Below are positions 27,304 to 40,138 of a DNA stretch of 64,000 bases, piece after piece. Every line of letters starts with the position of its first letter. Within the stretch, counting starts at the first letter, position 1. The position numbers and the translations under genes are program-made. The notes beneath the pieces are model-generated. The model was not told the DNA's origin, did no database searches, and saw nothing but the letters and a program-made list of their open reading frames with translations. The stretch is from Octopus vulgaris (lineage: Eukaryota), in contig OX597816.1 of NCBI GenBank assembly GCA_951406725.2, positions 23,312,001 to 23,376,000 on the forward strand, given 5' to 3'.

Positions 27304-27796
27304 TGTTGACGAAATTTTATCAACCGATTATCTGCACTTTATAGCATCTGTCGTCTACACAAGGTGATTTCTTGGAAAATTTACCGCAGTCTACGGCGTT
27401 ATAAATAACACCCAAGTTAGGTCGAATATGCTTCATTACCAAGGCTGCTTCTGTTGCTAACATTTAATTCATAATAGTCTAATTCTCTACAGAATAATTC
27501 GGTAGATTATTAATTAGCAGCGGGTGTGTATGTGAGCGTGCGTGTATTTATGCTTGAATGAATGTATGAATATAAACAGAGAACCAAAATAGAAATTTTT
27601 TAGAAGGCGAAATATGACTACATTCGGGCCCAGTTAAGATTGGGGAATCTTTTCGAAAATCAAACAGGTAAAGAGGGGTCAGATATTTTATGGGCCCCTC
27701 CTTAGCCCTCCAGGATGTATGACCTATTTATCAGCTGAACTTCACCTCCTTTTTCATGCCACCTATGTATATGTACATATATCTATCATATCTAGC

Positions 27797-27828
<32 letters not shown>

Positions 27829-27929
27829 AAGAAAGAAAGAAAGAAGGAAAGAAAGAAAGACAGGCAGACAGAAAGACAGACATGAACAAAGAAAGACTGA
27901 AAGAAAGAAAGAAAGAAAGACAGATATAT

Positions 27930-27986
<57 letters not shown>

Positions 27987-28579
27987 CATGTAGTTATACA
28001 TATTTACACACAGACATAGACGCAGACACGCACAGTCACGCACATATAAGTACATACATATGTACATACATCGCTATATAATTACATACTGTCCGAAGCA
28101 GTACAGACATTTTAAACGTAAGGGATGCAACATTGAAACAAGGTAAACAACTAAACGACATAGGCGACACCTGTTTGATTTGCCCAAGAAACTGTTGCTT
28201 CTGTCAACATGTTCACAGGTAAATTCTCGTTAATGTCAACACATGTTAACTCAACAGAGAAGTGTGTATGACCTAACAAACGACTTAGTCGCTTAGTTTA
28301 TTTGATAGTAAAACAAAAGAAGAAAAAAAACAGAAGATTTTAATCACATAAGAAACTTTAATGTTAGCAGATGGTAAAGATTAGGAGGTAAACGTGTAAG
28401 ATGATAGTTTAGCAGGTCAGCAGGTATGTGTAAATGTAATAATTAGGTAATAATTATGATTTATAACATAGGTTAAAAAATTACAATTGCTTGTAGTACT
28501 TTAATTTAGATTGATGTCATAATAAAGAAAGAAAATTTTATCTTGACGTGTTTGAACGCAGGACGCAATCACAACAGCT

Positions 28580-28770
28580 GTGGAGGCGCAATGGTCCAGT
28601 GGTTAAGGCAGCGGACTCGCGGTCGTAAGAACGATGTTTCGATTCCCAGACAAGGCACTGTAAGTGTTTATTGAGCAAAAATGCCTAAGCTCCACGAGGC
28701 TCCGGTGTGGCGTTGTGGCGAACCCCGCTGTACTCTTTCACCACAACTTTCTCACACTCTTTCTTCCTAC
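28580..28770 (+). mobile_element. SINE family C, 5' half
   Basis: A box TGGTCCAGTGG and B-box-like TGTTTCGATTCC. Confidence 0.8.
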
Positions 28771-29286
28771 TTCTGCCACAAAGCAGAGGAACCATGGTGT
28801 AACCCACTATGGTGTGGTAAACTTTCAGACCCTAGTCTAGATTGTGAATCCTCTGTACCCCCAGGATGATTCAGCTCTCCACCCGTTAAAAGCCACTGTT
28901 TACGGAATGAGTATAACAACATAGCTTTCGCGCCCGTGCAACCGCCAGTCTATCGCGTGTGGTGCGTGAATCTTCAAGTTGCCACATGCATACTCAGTAG
29001 CTTAGAGTAGGCTTGAATTAGAGATTATTCTTTGTGGCTAAAGGCATGAGTCCTGATTGGAAGAAGAAGAAGAAGAAGAAGAAGAAGAAGAAGAAGAAGA
29101 AGAAGAAGAAGAAGAAGAAGAAGAAGAAGACAACAGCATTTTTGCGCGATGTTCTACCACGACTACCAGGAATGACTTTAAATATAATCCAGTAGTTTTC
29201 AACCGGGTTCCATATGATCCATGGGGATCCATAAAAGATTTGGGGTGGGGTCCACGCAACAAAATAGTAAATTGTGGATCCACAAC

Positions 29287-29679
29287 AGTGGTAAGTAGCT
29301 TGCTTACGAACCACATGGTTCCGGATTCAGTCCCATTGCATGGCACCTTGGGCAAGTGTCTTCTTCTATAGCCTCGGGCCGACCAAAGCCTTGTGAGTGG
29401 ATTTGGTAGACGGAAGCCCGTCGTATATATGTATATATATATATATGCATGTGTGTATATGTTTGTGTGTCTGTGTTTGTCCCCCCAACATCGCTTGACA
29501 AACGATGCTGGTGCGTTTGCGTCCCCGTAACTTAGCGGTTCGGCAAAAGTGAGCGATAGAATAAGTACTAGGCTTACAAAGAATAAGTCCTGGGGTTGAT
29601 TTGCTCGACTAAAGGTGGTGCTCCAGCATGGCCACCGTCACATGACTGAAACAAGTAAAAGAGTTAAAGAGTAAAAGAG
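29287..29679 (+). mobile_element. SINE family A
   Basis: Near full match, slightly 5' truncated. Confidence 0.88.
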
Positions 29680-29938
29680 TAACAGTATTTTAAGCCCCCC
29701 TGAAAAAAGTTTTGCTTAACTGCAGGTAGTTATTGCAAGAAACAGCTGGGTCCCTTTCTCTAACATTTTGCATAGTTCTACCTACATAAGTTCATGTGTG
29801 GAAAGCAAAATGGAAAATTTTGAAAGAAGTTTCTATAAAACTAGTTTTTAAACATCAAACAGTGATGGGGGTCCACCGCTAAGTAACGGAGACGTAAACA
29901 AACCAGCAGTGCTGAGAAACAAACACAAAAACGCACAT

Positions 29939-29993
<55 letters not shown>

Positions 29994-30259
29994 TGTGTGT
30001 GTGTTTATGTGTGTGTACTTATGCATTTATATGCGACGGACTTTTACGCAGTTTTCGCCAACCAAATTCATTGACCAAGCATTTGTCGACTCGGGGCTAT
30101 AGTAGAAGACACTTGCCCAAGATGCCGCACATTGGGACTGAACCCGAAACTACTAGAGAGCAAAGAGATCGTCTTAACCATATACCCACGCCTGCCACTG
30201 CAGTTACAATTTTGGTTACGAAACAAACTCACACAAAAATTTTTAAAAAAATAAATAAA

Positions 30260-30339
<80 letters not shown>

Positions 30340-30914
30340 TACGTCACATCTCATTTAAACAACATAATTGTTAAAGTAATGAAATAAGTCTGATTAACTG
30401 ACAATACATTACTTACAGACAATGACAACGTAATTAATATAACAGTATATTATACGAACGAGACAAAAAAAATCACGTTCAATTGAATATCTTAAAACAA
30501 TGAAACAAAAAACACACATCAATCAGTCTTTACTGAAGTTTTCCTTTGAGGTATTCCTCTGATTTTTTTTCTCTATAACATTTATCAGCGATTTTTTATT
30601 TTTTCATTATATCTTCCTCTGGCTTTTTCCGGCGACGTTTTTACAGTTTTTCTCTTATGCTTTTTTTTCTGTTTCGTTGCTTCTTCTAAGCCTTATTTTC
30701 CTGTGCTTTTTCTCTCTCCGTTTTATCCTGTAACTTTATGTATGCTATTTTACATATGCTTCTATTTCCAGTGGAATATTTCCTGTACCTTTTTTTTCAT
30801 GCGACTTTTTTTTCTTATGGCGTTCTGTCCTTTGTGGTTTTCGCTTCTGACTACTTGCGGTGAGTTTCTTTTCCGCAACATTTTCTTAAGAATTTTTTTT
30901 CTTTTCTTTTTCGG

Positions 30915-31120
30915 GGTGGGGTGCTCCGAAATTTTTCTCTCTAGCCACTACACATTCTTTATTTTCTCTCTTTGTAACTTTCTGTGTTCCTTTCTGTGGA
31001 AGAGCGTAAGCTCGAAACGTTAAAGTCTTTTTCACTTCTTGAGTGTTATCCTAATACATCTATTTGTTGTCTACACCACCTTTCTTTGTCTTTTGGGGTT
31101 TCTTTTGTGAATTCTCCCTA
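30915..31120 (+). mobile_element. ~200-bp element with a variant HHR motif, family H2
   Basis: cttt-CTGTGGA-a-gagc(gtaa)gctc-GAAA-C-GTT-aaag at 30990-31025. Homologous to 33913-34108; ends in (TA)n. Confidence 0.65.
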
Positions 31121-31369
31121 TATATATGTATATATATATTTGCGTGTGTGTTGTCACCTCTGACATTTTTCATGTAACGTTTTCATCCGTTACTTTTATT
31201 TGTAGCATACACTTTGTTATTTTTGTTTTGTTTTTTTGCGGGTTTTTTGAGTGAATTGTTTTCTTTGAATTCGTTTTTTTTTCTTTCTATTTACGTTAAA
31301 GACCACAAAACTATAACTACCAACAACCAAGTCAGCAGCACAAGACCAGGAATAAGAGAGAAAGAAACA

Positions 31370-31563
31370 CTCTTTTATTTATTTCAGTCATTTGTCTGTG
31401 GCCATACTAGCGCACCACCTTTAGTCGAGCAAATCGAACCCAAGACTTATTCTCTGTAAGCCTAGTACTTATTCTATCGGGCTCTTTTGCCGAACCGCTA
31501 AGTTACGGGGACATAAACGCACCACAATCGGTTGTCAGGCGATGGTGGAAGGAGAGAGACACA

Positions 31564-31616
<53 letters not shown>

Positions 31617-31776
31617 CACGGGCTTATTTCAGTTTCTGTCTACCAAAGCCACTCACAAGGTTTTGGTCGGCCCGAGACTATAATAGAAAACACTTTCCCA
31701 AAGTGCCACACAGTAGGACTGAACCCAGAACCATATGGTTGGTAAGCAAGCTACTTACCACACAGCCACTCCGCCT
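31370..31776 (-). mobile_element. SINE family A
   Basis: Full match. Confidence 0.88.
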
Positions 31777-33027
31777 ACTTATGTTGTATATTTTAGTCGA
31801 ATATAACGACTACTGTACATAACTGGTATATTATTTCACAGATGCTAAGGCGGCAAGGTGGCAGAATCGTTAGCACGCCGGACAAAATGCTTAGCGGCAT
31901 TTTGTCGGGATTTACGTTCCGAATTCAAATTTCACTAAAATCAGCTTTGCCTTTCATCCTTTTAGAGGTCGAAAAAATAAGTACCAGTTGCGTACTGAGG
32001 TAGATGTAAATCGATTAGCTCCCTACCCCGAAATTTCAAACCTAAACCTACAGCAAAGTTCAGCTTGTGGAATTCAGTTACGTTTCTTTTTTTTTTTTTT
32101 TGTTAATTCTGGCCATAGTTCCCAGTTCGGGAATCTTTGCTTTTCATTCTTCTTTGTACCTGACACGCACAGGGGTCGATATAATCGCCTATATTTCTCT
32201 CCCTTAAAATTTCGTTTTCTTTTTATTCTTATGTTATGAACCCTTGTTATACGTTTAAACATACCTGGTAACTTGACAATGTATTGTCTCATACATATAA
32301 ATAAAAAATTGATTTAACAATTAATGTAGCGGAGTAAACGTTCTAATTTAATTAAATTTGTGTAAATATTGCGTAGAAAATAATTGTCTTAATGGATAAT
32401 TCTTGTTACGAAAGACGGGAAGAAAATGACGAGAATTTCAATTAGTCAAAATCTATAAAGACCAGAAACTTGCTGTGAAACGGAGCAAATTTGATATTTT
32501 GGTGAACACAATGACAAAATACTGTAAATACGCTTTAATTTATGTACTGACCTTGTAATATTTTCTCTCTGCAATCATTAAAGATTCTTTTCTTTCTTCT
32601 TGTTCTTGATGTCTAACACGTAATAATGACTCATTTATATTATACTGTAATAAAACAGTGATAATTGGGTCAACAGTTTACAATGTTGGCGTATAGCTGT
32701 TTGAATAGATTTTCGGCTTATTACTTATTAAAATTATTTTTTATTGACAGCTCCGACAGGATCAAAGATAAATTCGACTCCGTGACACTTGATACTCGCA
32801 CCAAATAAGAATATAACTAATCTTTGTTTTTTTTTTCCCGGGTTTCACCGTTTCTGCAATCTTGGTGGTATTTTTTAATAACGCTAACGTTAATGATTTA
32901 TTTAACTGCTTCAAGATCAGAAGACAATGGAGATAGTGTCAATACGAATTACAAAGGCGGTTGACATTGAATCAAAGGAGTGAGGTCAGTCATAAAACTA
33001 ATAGGTTATAATAAAATAGGTTATAAC

Positions 33028-33076
<49 letters not shown>

Positions 33077-33103
33077 GTATTAATAATGATGATGATGATA
33101 ATA

Positions 33104-33158
<55 letters not shown>

Positions 33159-33287
33159 GTAATAATAGTAATGATAATAATAATAATAATATTAATAATG
33201 ATGATGATGATAATAATGATAATAATAATAATAATACTACTAATAATAATAATAATGATGATGATAATAATAATAGTATTAATAATG

Positions 33288-33429
33288 ATGAGATCACCAT
33301 GTCGCGCACATATGGTTGTGATGCATGTGCCTGGTGTACCTTTATCAGACGGGTAGTCATGATGGGTATATTGGGCTTCGTATATTTTACCCCAGTGTCA
33401 CTTTGATGGCATGAACTGCTCTCTCACTC
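33288..33429 (+). mobile_element. (TAA)n-associated element, 5'-truncated copy 2
   Basis: Matches the last ~140 bp of copy 3; (TAA)n on both sides. Confidence 0.8.
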
Positions 33430-33433
33430 AATG

Positions 33434-33494
<61 letters not shown>

Positions 33495-33538
33495 TAATAA
33501 TAATAATAATATTAATAATGATGATGATGATGATGATG

Positions 33539-33602
<64 letters not shown>

Positions 33603-33617
33603 TGATGATAATAATGA

Positions 33618-34347
33618 TAAAATGCCCTGATACAGTACCAGACATTGGCTCTCATGGCTTCTGATCATAACTGATTGGAAGTGTTATCAGGTACATTGTT
33701 TTGTCTTGGTATAAAAGATGGTCTACAGCAAATATTCTGCTCAATATCACAGATTTGCTTGTCAGTTGTTTGACCATAACCAGTTGAGCATATCCCTTAG
33801 TGGTTGACGATATGTGCATCGCTGATCATGAGCAGAATTAGTGGGAGAGCATCATAGCCGTGTGTTGAAAGGAATTCTTAGAGGTTTGGATAATTCACCT
33901 TTGGAAGCATGGATCGTTAGCTCCTACACGCATTTTTTTCTCTCCTGGTTTCTCTGCTTGTTTTTTTCTGTGTATCTTTCTGTCGAAGAGCGTAGGCTCG
34001 AAACGTAAAACACTCTTTCTATTTCTATTCCTGAGCGCTATACTAATACATTTGTTTGTTTTTACTCCACCTGCCTTCGTTTTTTGTTTATATTCGTAAA
34101 CTTTCCCATCCTTAAACAATACTTATTCAGGGACCTTTTGCGCGGGATCGGCCACTCGACCTGAAGATAATTCCAACTGCAAGGTCTTGCGCTGTTTATC
34201 TTGATATGATTTCACCAGGTCGCGCACATATGGTTGCGATGCATGTGCCTGATGTAACCTTATCAGACGGGTAGTCATGATGGGTATACTGGGCTTCGTA
34301 TATTTTATCCCACTGTCACTTTGATGGCATGCACTGCTCTCTCACTC
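33618..34347 (+). mobile_element. (TAA)n-associated element, longest copy 3, with a nested H2 element
   Basis: (TAA)n on both sides; colinear with copy 1 except for an insertion at about 33913-34108. Confidence 0.8.
33913..34108 (+). mobile_element. Family H2 element with a variant HHR motif
   Basis: ttt-CTGTCGA-a-gagc(gtag)gctc-GAAA-C-GTA-aaa at 33977-34010. Confidence 0.65.
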
Positions 34348-35828
34348 AATAATGATAATGATAAAAATAATAATAATCCGTTCTGGTATAGGCACAAGGT
34401 ATGAAATTTGGGGGAGGGGGATTGTCGATTACAATAACACCAGTACTGAATTGGGACTTAATTTATCGACTCCGAAAGGATGAATGGGAAAGTCGACCTC
34501 GGCGGAATTTGAACTCAGAACGTAACAGCAGACGAAATACCGCTTAGCATTTCGCACGGCGTGTTAACGGTTCTGCCAGTTTGCCGCCCTTCTGATGTTA
34601 ATAATGAGCATAAAAGATCCGTGTATAGCGGTGTGGGTAAGAAACTTGCTTTGCAGCATCATGATTTTGAGTGCAGTACCACTGCCCCGGGCCGATCAGT
34701 ACCTTGTAGGAGGTTAGTTGCTAGACGGAAATTGTTCGAAAGTCTGTTAGAAGACCTATGAGGTTTCGACAAGTTCTAGCTGAACAACCACAGAGATTAT
34801 TTGTTTTCAGATTTCAAATGTTTGTGTATACATGAGATCACTCTCTTCATCAAATCGACATTACCTGAACAGGTGAACCTTGTCAGTTGAGGAAATGATC
34901 GCAGAGCAACGTGAAATGAAGTGCTTTGCTCAAGAATACAAACCTACACCCGGCCTGGGAATCGAACACCACGAGCTCTCAAACGTATATATATATACTT
35001 TCTTTTTTCTTTTACATGTTTCAGTCATTTGACTGCGGCCCTGCTGAACCCCGACCCATGTGGTTGGTTACCAAGCTACTTACCACACAACCACTCCTGT
35101 GTATATATATATATTACCATGATCACACACCACCACCACCCCACACACATATATATATATGTATGTATATATATATACATATATATATATATGGTGGGGG
35201 GGTGATCATGTTAATATGTATATACACACGAGTGGCTGTGTGGTAAGTATATATATACACACACACGCATATATACACTCACACATACACACACATATAT
35301 ACATATATTTATAACCATGATGCGTCTCAATTACAGATAAGAACCGCCGATTCTAGATCCGTCTTCATACTTCCTCCTCTAAACAATTGTGTTCCACTCC
35401 CGCCAACTATTCCAGATAAATATGTCAATCAGTTGCTATTGTAGTAAAAAAAAAAAAACTTGACATTGATGAGGTCACGTGTCGCATGGCTGTTGAACAT
35501 GAATCGCCTATTCTCCATTTATATATTCTCAGTCCCGCCGCTCATTTCACTGTTCAGTTGATTTAACAATTGTTCTCGTTCACAAGCATCGTTTGAGAAA
35601 AAGACTGTTTGGGCAGCAAAGCGTAAATGACTTTAAAATACCTTAGTTATGTTTCTTCCTATTCATTCCATTTAATATTTTCAACGATGTTATTTCATGC
35701 AGCATTAAAGACTTTTGGCGACATTATATCCTCTCATGTGTGAGCTCATCTACATACATATATATATACGTAGTACAACTTATATATGACGTTATACATA
35801 TGCATGTGTATACACACACAGACACACA

Positions 35829-35926
<98 letters not shown>

Positions 35927-36024
35927 TGTACGAAGTTTTGAGCCTTCAAGCCTTGTACCTTCATCAGAAGTCTTGTAGCATGTTTTGCTTTTTTTCGAGG
36001 TTCAAGACTTTTCATGTACCCCTC

Positions 36025-36059
<35 letters not shown>

Positions 36060-36247
36060 AAAGTAAATAAATGGCACAACGAAGCACCGATATTTACTGG
36101 AAAATAGCGAACGTAATAAATACGACGCTAATGTATAGCTTCACTGCGTATGTACTAGTAAAGATGCGTGTGTGCAACAAACATGAAAAAAATTGTCTTA
36201 CCTCTAGGAAGAACATCTGAAAAATGAAAAACCTAGAAACGGATAAA

Positions 36248-36315
36248 GCAGTACCGGTTTCAGATTCTTCAAAATACGTTTGCCAACGTATATTTGATTT
36301 ATCTTCATCAGCTGC
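36248..36315 (-). ncRNA. Type I hammerhead ribozyme with an intact core
   Basis: gcag-CTGATGA-agat..(extended hairpin)..atct-GAAA-cc-g-GTA-ctgc; stem III is the palindrome ACCGGT; cleavage after 36252. Confidence 0.8.
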
Positions 36316-36425
36316 ATATACCTCGACAATATTTCAAATGTTGCCACATCTATGCCAGTACACTCGTCTGAACGCCAAAACGTTAACAGAACGAGAACAG
36401 TGAAGACGTTTCAATGAAAATAGTA

Positions 36426-36461
<36 letters not shown>

Positions 36462-36547
36462 TGTATGTATGTATGTATGTATGTATGTATGTATGTATGT
36501 ATATATGTATGTATGTATGTATGTGTTTGTATATATATATATAATAA

Positions 36548-38005
36548 ATCAGCCATTGAGGAGGAAGCCGGTTTCCAACAAAGATACAAGGCTTCACCTT
36601 TGGGATGTAGTAAACACAAACAAATTCACATTTGGAATTTGAGAAAAGTCTTGCATATTTTTACTGTTCCACTCATAGACTGCTCTTCTAAGGTACGAAT
36701 TAGCCGGTCGATTTCTCTTTCTGAAAATCCCAGTTTATCCAGATTCTCTTTTAAGCATTTACTAACAAAACATAGTGCTCCAATTATTATTGGAATGAAT
36801 ATGAATTCATAGTTTGGATATAGTAGCTGGAGGTTTTGAAGCAGTTGTCCATAGATATCCTCTTTTCTTTGATTTTCAAAGAAATATCTATATCTGCAGG
36901 AAAGCAGACCTTTATGATAGTACATACTTTTGCCCATCTGTCCCAAACAACAATATCCGGTCTGTTATGTTTAAATTTGACAGAGGTTTTGATGGGAATA
37001 TTCCACCAGTATTCCTTGTGTTGGTGTTTACGAATGTATTCCATAACAGAGGGATTTTCTAAGTTTATTTCAAGAATGCTTTTTATGCGGATGGCATTGG
37101 AAATTGTTTTAGCAATAACATCATGCCGCATACGGAGGTAGTACGGTGACGACATTTTAGGACAGCTGCTAATCACATGCGTGATATCCTCCACAGAAAT
37201 ATGACATAACCTACACAAGCGGTTGCACCTTGGGACTACTAGAGCGTCACTGCCTCTCTTGTTCACCGGGTACTTTGTGGCATTCTCCTGTTCTTGGATT
37301 GCAAACGCATAGTCTCCAAAGGTTCATGTGATGTAGTGGCCTTGTGTCCAAGAGAGGCTACGCTTCGTGTCAATTCTACTGTCTTCTTCACGCTTCAGGA
37401 AAACATACCCATGCATGTTCTTTTTTGTAATGCTAAGTGCTTTCCATCCAGGTCTTCTCTGCAGTCAGGAAGCCCAGCTGGTTTGGGGTTATTTAGGAGA
37501 TCATCAGGAAGAGAGTGCTTTTTGAGGAGCTCGCTGTCAACTCGTACAATGTTGCTCATTTTACTTTCAGCATTGCATTTATATTTTAATTATTGCTTCT
37601 GTTGTTTAGTAGGTGCTGCCTGAGTGATACCACACGGCATTCGAAGGCCATCTGTACTGATCTCAGACCTCTACCGCCTTCATTTCTTCTTATGCAGAGC
37701 CTATCAACATCAATGTTTCTGTGGAAGTTACCAGTTGTTGTCAGGATTTTGCAGGTTTTGATATCTATGGAGTGGATTTTCTCTACAGACCAATCAAGCA
37801 TACATTGTAGGATATTGTTTTGTGTAATGAGGAGAGTTCCAACTGCCATATTACCCTAAGTCTCATCTAATATTCTCGGATCACTGAATCTTTATTCACA
37901 ATGCTTTCATATGATATATTTTCGTCTATGCCTAGGTACTTGTAACATTCTTTGTGTGGAATGGGGGAGATAGAGAGACCATTGATGCAAAGGTTTTGGG
38001 TTTGG
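36548..38005 (-). mobile_element. 5'-truncated, frameshifted RLE-type non-LTR retrotransposon (R4/Dong-like)
   Basis: Fragments translate to YKYLG (RT motif 7, ~37940), DRLCIRRNEGGRGL, the CCHC knuckle CRLC...HVISSC, RHD, RPDIVV and IPIIIGAL. These are restriction-like endonuclease domain motifs. Confidence 0.88.
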
Positions 38006-38479
38006 GGGACTGAATGTCCAACAACTCATAAAAAATATTCTGCTTCCTAATTTTGTCACAAAGTCAGCAATGTAAGGGGTGAAGAGAAGTCGATTACATC
38101 AACCACAGTACTTGACTGGTACTTTCTCTTATGTATCCCGAAATATCGAAAGACAAAGTTCACTCCGGTGGAATACCATCTTAGAACGTAAATCCGGACT
38201 GACTGCCGCCAAGCATTTTATCTGACACACTAATGATTCTACCAGCTCCCTACCTCGCGCACAATATATAGTTAAGCTCAAAATTCATTTCCTATATTTC
38301 GTAGACGCTAATTTTCTATGTCATGCAAGGAATTCAAACTAGCATTTAAGCACAGCTATTCTGAGATTACTCTAAAGATTGCCATGAACGTTGCTAAAGG
38401 TTCAATCAAAATCACAACTTTTATCTTGTCTTTTTCTTTTAATCAGTTTTACAAGACAGCATCCATGATATTTCACAAG

Positions 38480-38894
38480 CAGGAGTGGCAGTGTGGTAAG
38501 TAGCTTGCTTACCAACCACATGATTCCGGGTTCAGTCCCACTGCGTGGCACTTTGGGCAGCTGTCTTCTACTATAGCCTCGGGCCGACCAAAGCCTTGTG
38601 CGTGGATTTGGTAGACGGAAACTGAAAGAAGCCCGTCGTATATATATATGTATATATGTATATGTATATACACGTGTGTGTTTTTTGTGTGTATGTGTTG
38701 TTCCCCCAACATCGCTTGACAACCGAAGTTGATGTGTTTACGTCTCCGTAACTTAGTGGTTCGGCAAAAGAGATCGATAGAATAAGTACTAGGCTTACAA
38801 AGAATAAGTCCTGGGGTTCGATTTGGTCGACTAAAGGCGGTGCTCCAGAATGGCCGCATTCAAATGACTGAAACAAGTAAAAGAGTAAAAGAGT
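38480..38894 (+). mobile_element. SINE family A
   Basis: Full match. Confidence 0.9.
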
Positions 38895-39717
38895 AAGCAC
38901 ACCAAGATAGATAGAGGAGAAGCAGACAGCGTTTGCAAGATTGCAACTGAAATTACTCAGGGTACCTGGTGGTTGTGTTAAAACAAGTGATGGGTGACAT
39001 CTGCTCCAACACCCACATATGGTGATATTTGAACTCGGAATGAAAAGATCCAAAACAAATACCACTTGGCATCTGGTCAGACATTCTTACAGTGCTTTCA
39101 TTTCCACAGCCTAAAACGGGTACGTTTTTGTTCAACCCTGAAAGAAAAAGAGTGTAAGGATCTAGCTTGACCCTGCCTGAGAGTTGAAACCAAATCCACC
39201 CGCTTACTGCTTGTCTAAACGAACGGGAACTCCTCTCCACAGCTGATAATTGATGAGGAAACACTCGACTTCTCTAGGACTTGTGCTGGTCAAGGAAAGG
39301 TCAGTCCTTTGTTTAGGGCTTGATCTACATTACTGACCATAGTATATATATCAAAGAGAAATTCCCATCTCTTCCTCTTACGTGTCAGCTATGACCAAGG
39401 AGCAACACCCTCTCTTTTACATCAGTAAAACCAAGGAGCAGCACGTTCTTTTGCGTCAGCCATGACCAAGAGCAGCACTTTCCTCGGCCGCAAGATTGAA
39501 AATGCCACCTCAATCCTTTCTTCCTTTCTAATCAGTACCATGCATTCCTTACTCTTTCACTCTCTACTGTCAGTCAAACTTTTTCTATATTATCAACGAG
39601 CAACCTTGTTGTCACTATACTAGAATTGGTGTTGATTCTTCTATGTTTACTGGTACTCCGACGTGAGAACCTTGAAGCGTTACATCTACACGCTACATTT
39701 GGTAAACAGCTACAACA

Positions 39718-39953
39718 TACCTATTTCTTTACTGCCCACAAGGGGCTACACACAGAAGGGACAAACAAGGACAGACAAACGGATGAAGTCGATTATATCG
39801 ACCCCAGTGCGCAACTGGTACTTATTTAATCGACCCTGAAAGGGATGAAAGGCAAAGTCGACCTCGGCGGAATTTGAACTCAGAACGTAGCGGCAGACGA
39901 AATACGGCTATGCGTTTCGCCCGGCGTGCAAACGTTTCTGCCAGCTCGCCGCC
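39718..39953 (-). mobile_element. SINE family B
   Basis: Head plus one unit. Confidence 0.88.
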
Positions 39954-39954
39954 C

Positions 39955-40138
39955 TAAAAGTGAGAGAAAGTTGGGGTGAAAGAGTACAACAGGGGTCGCC
40001 ACCACCCTACGCCGGAGCCTCGTTGAGCTTTAGGTGTTTTCACTAAATAAACACACACAACGCCTGGTCTGGGTATCGAAACCACGACCCTCCGACCGCA
40101 AGTCCGCTGCCCTAACCACTGGGCCATTGTGCCTCCAC
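39955..40138 (-). mobile_element. SINE family C, 5' half
   Basis: Head gtggaggcacaatggcccagtggttagggcagcgg. Confidence 0.82.

Noticed and set aside
29189-29286. hAT/Charlie-like terminus cagtagttttcaacc
   Set aside because: No matching second terminus or TSD was found.
38953-39330. Possible old LINE 3' remnant
   Set aside because: Only weak similarity to a WN.LP..FK pattern; too degraded to support.
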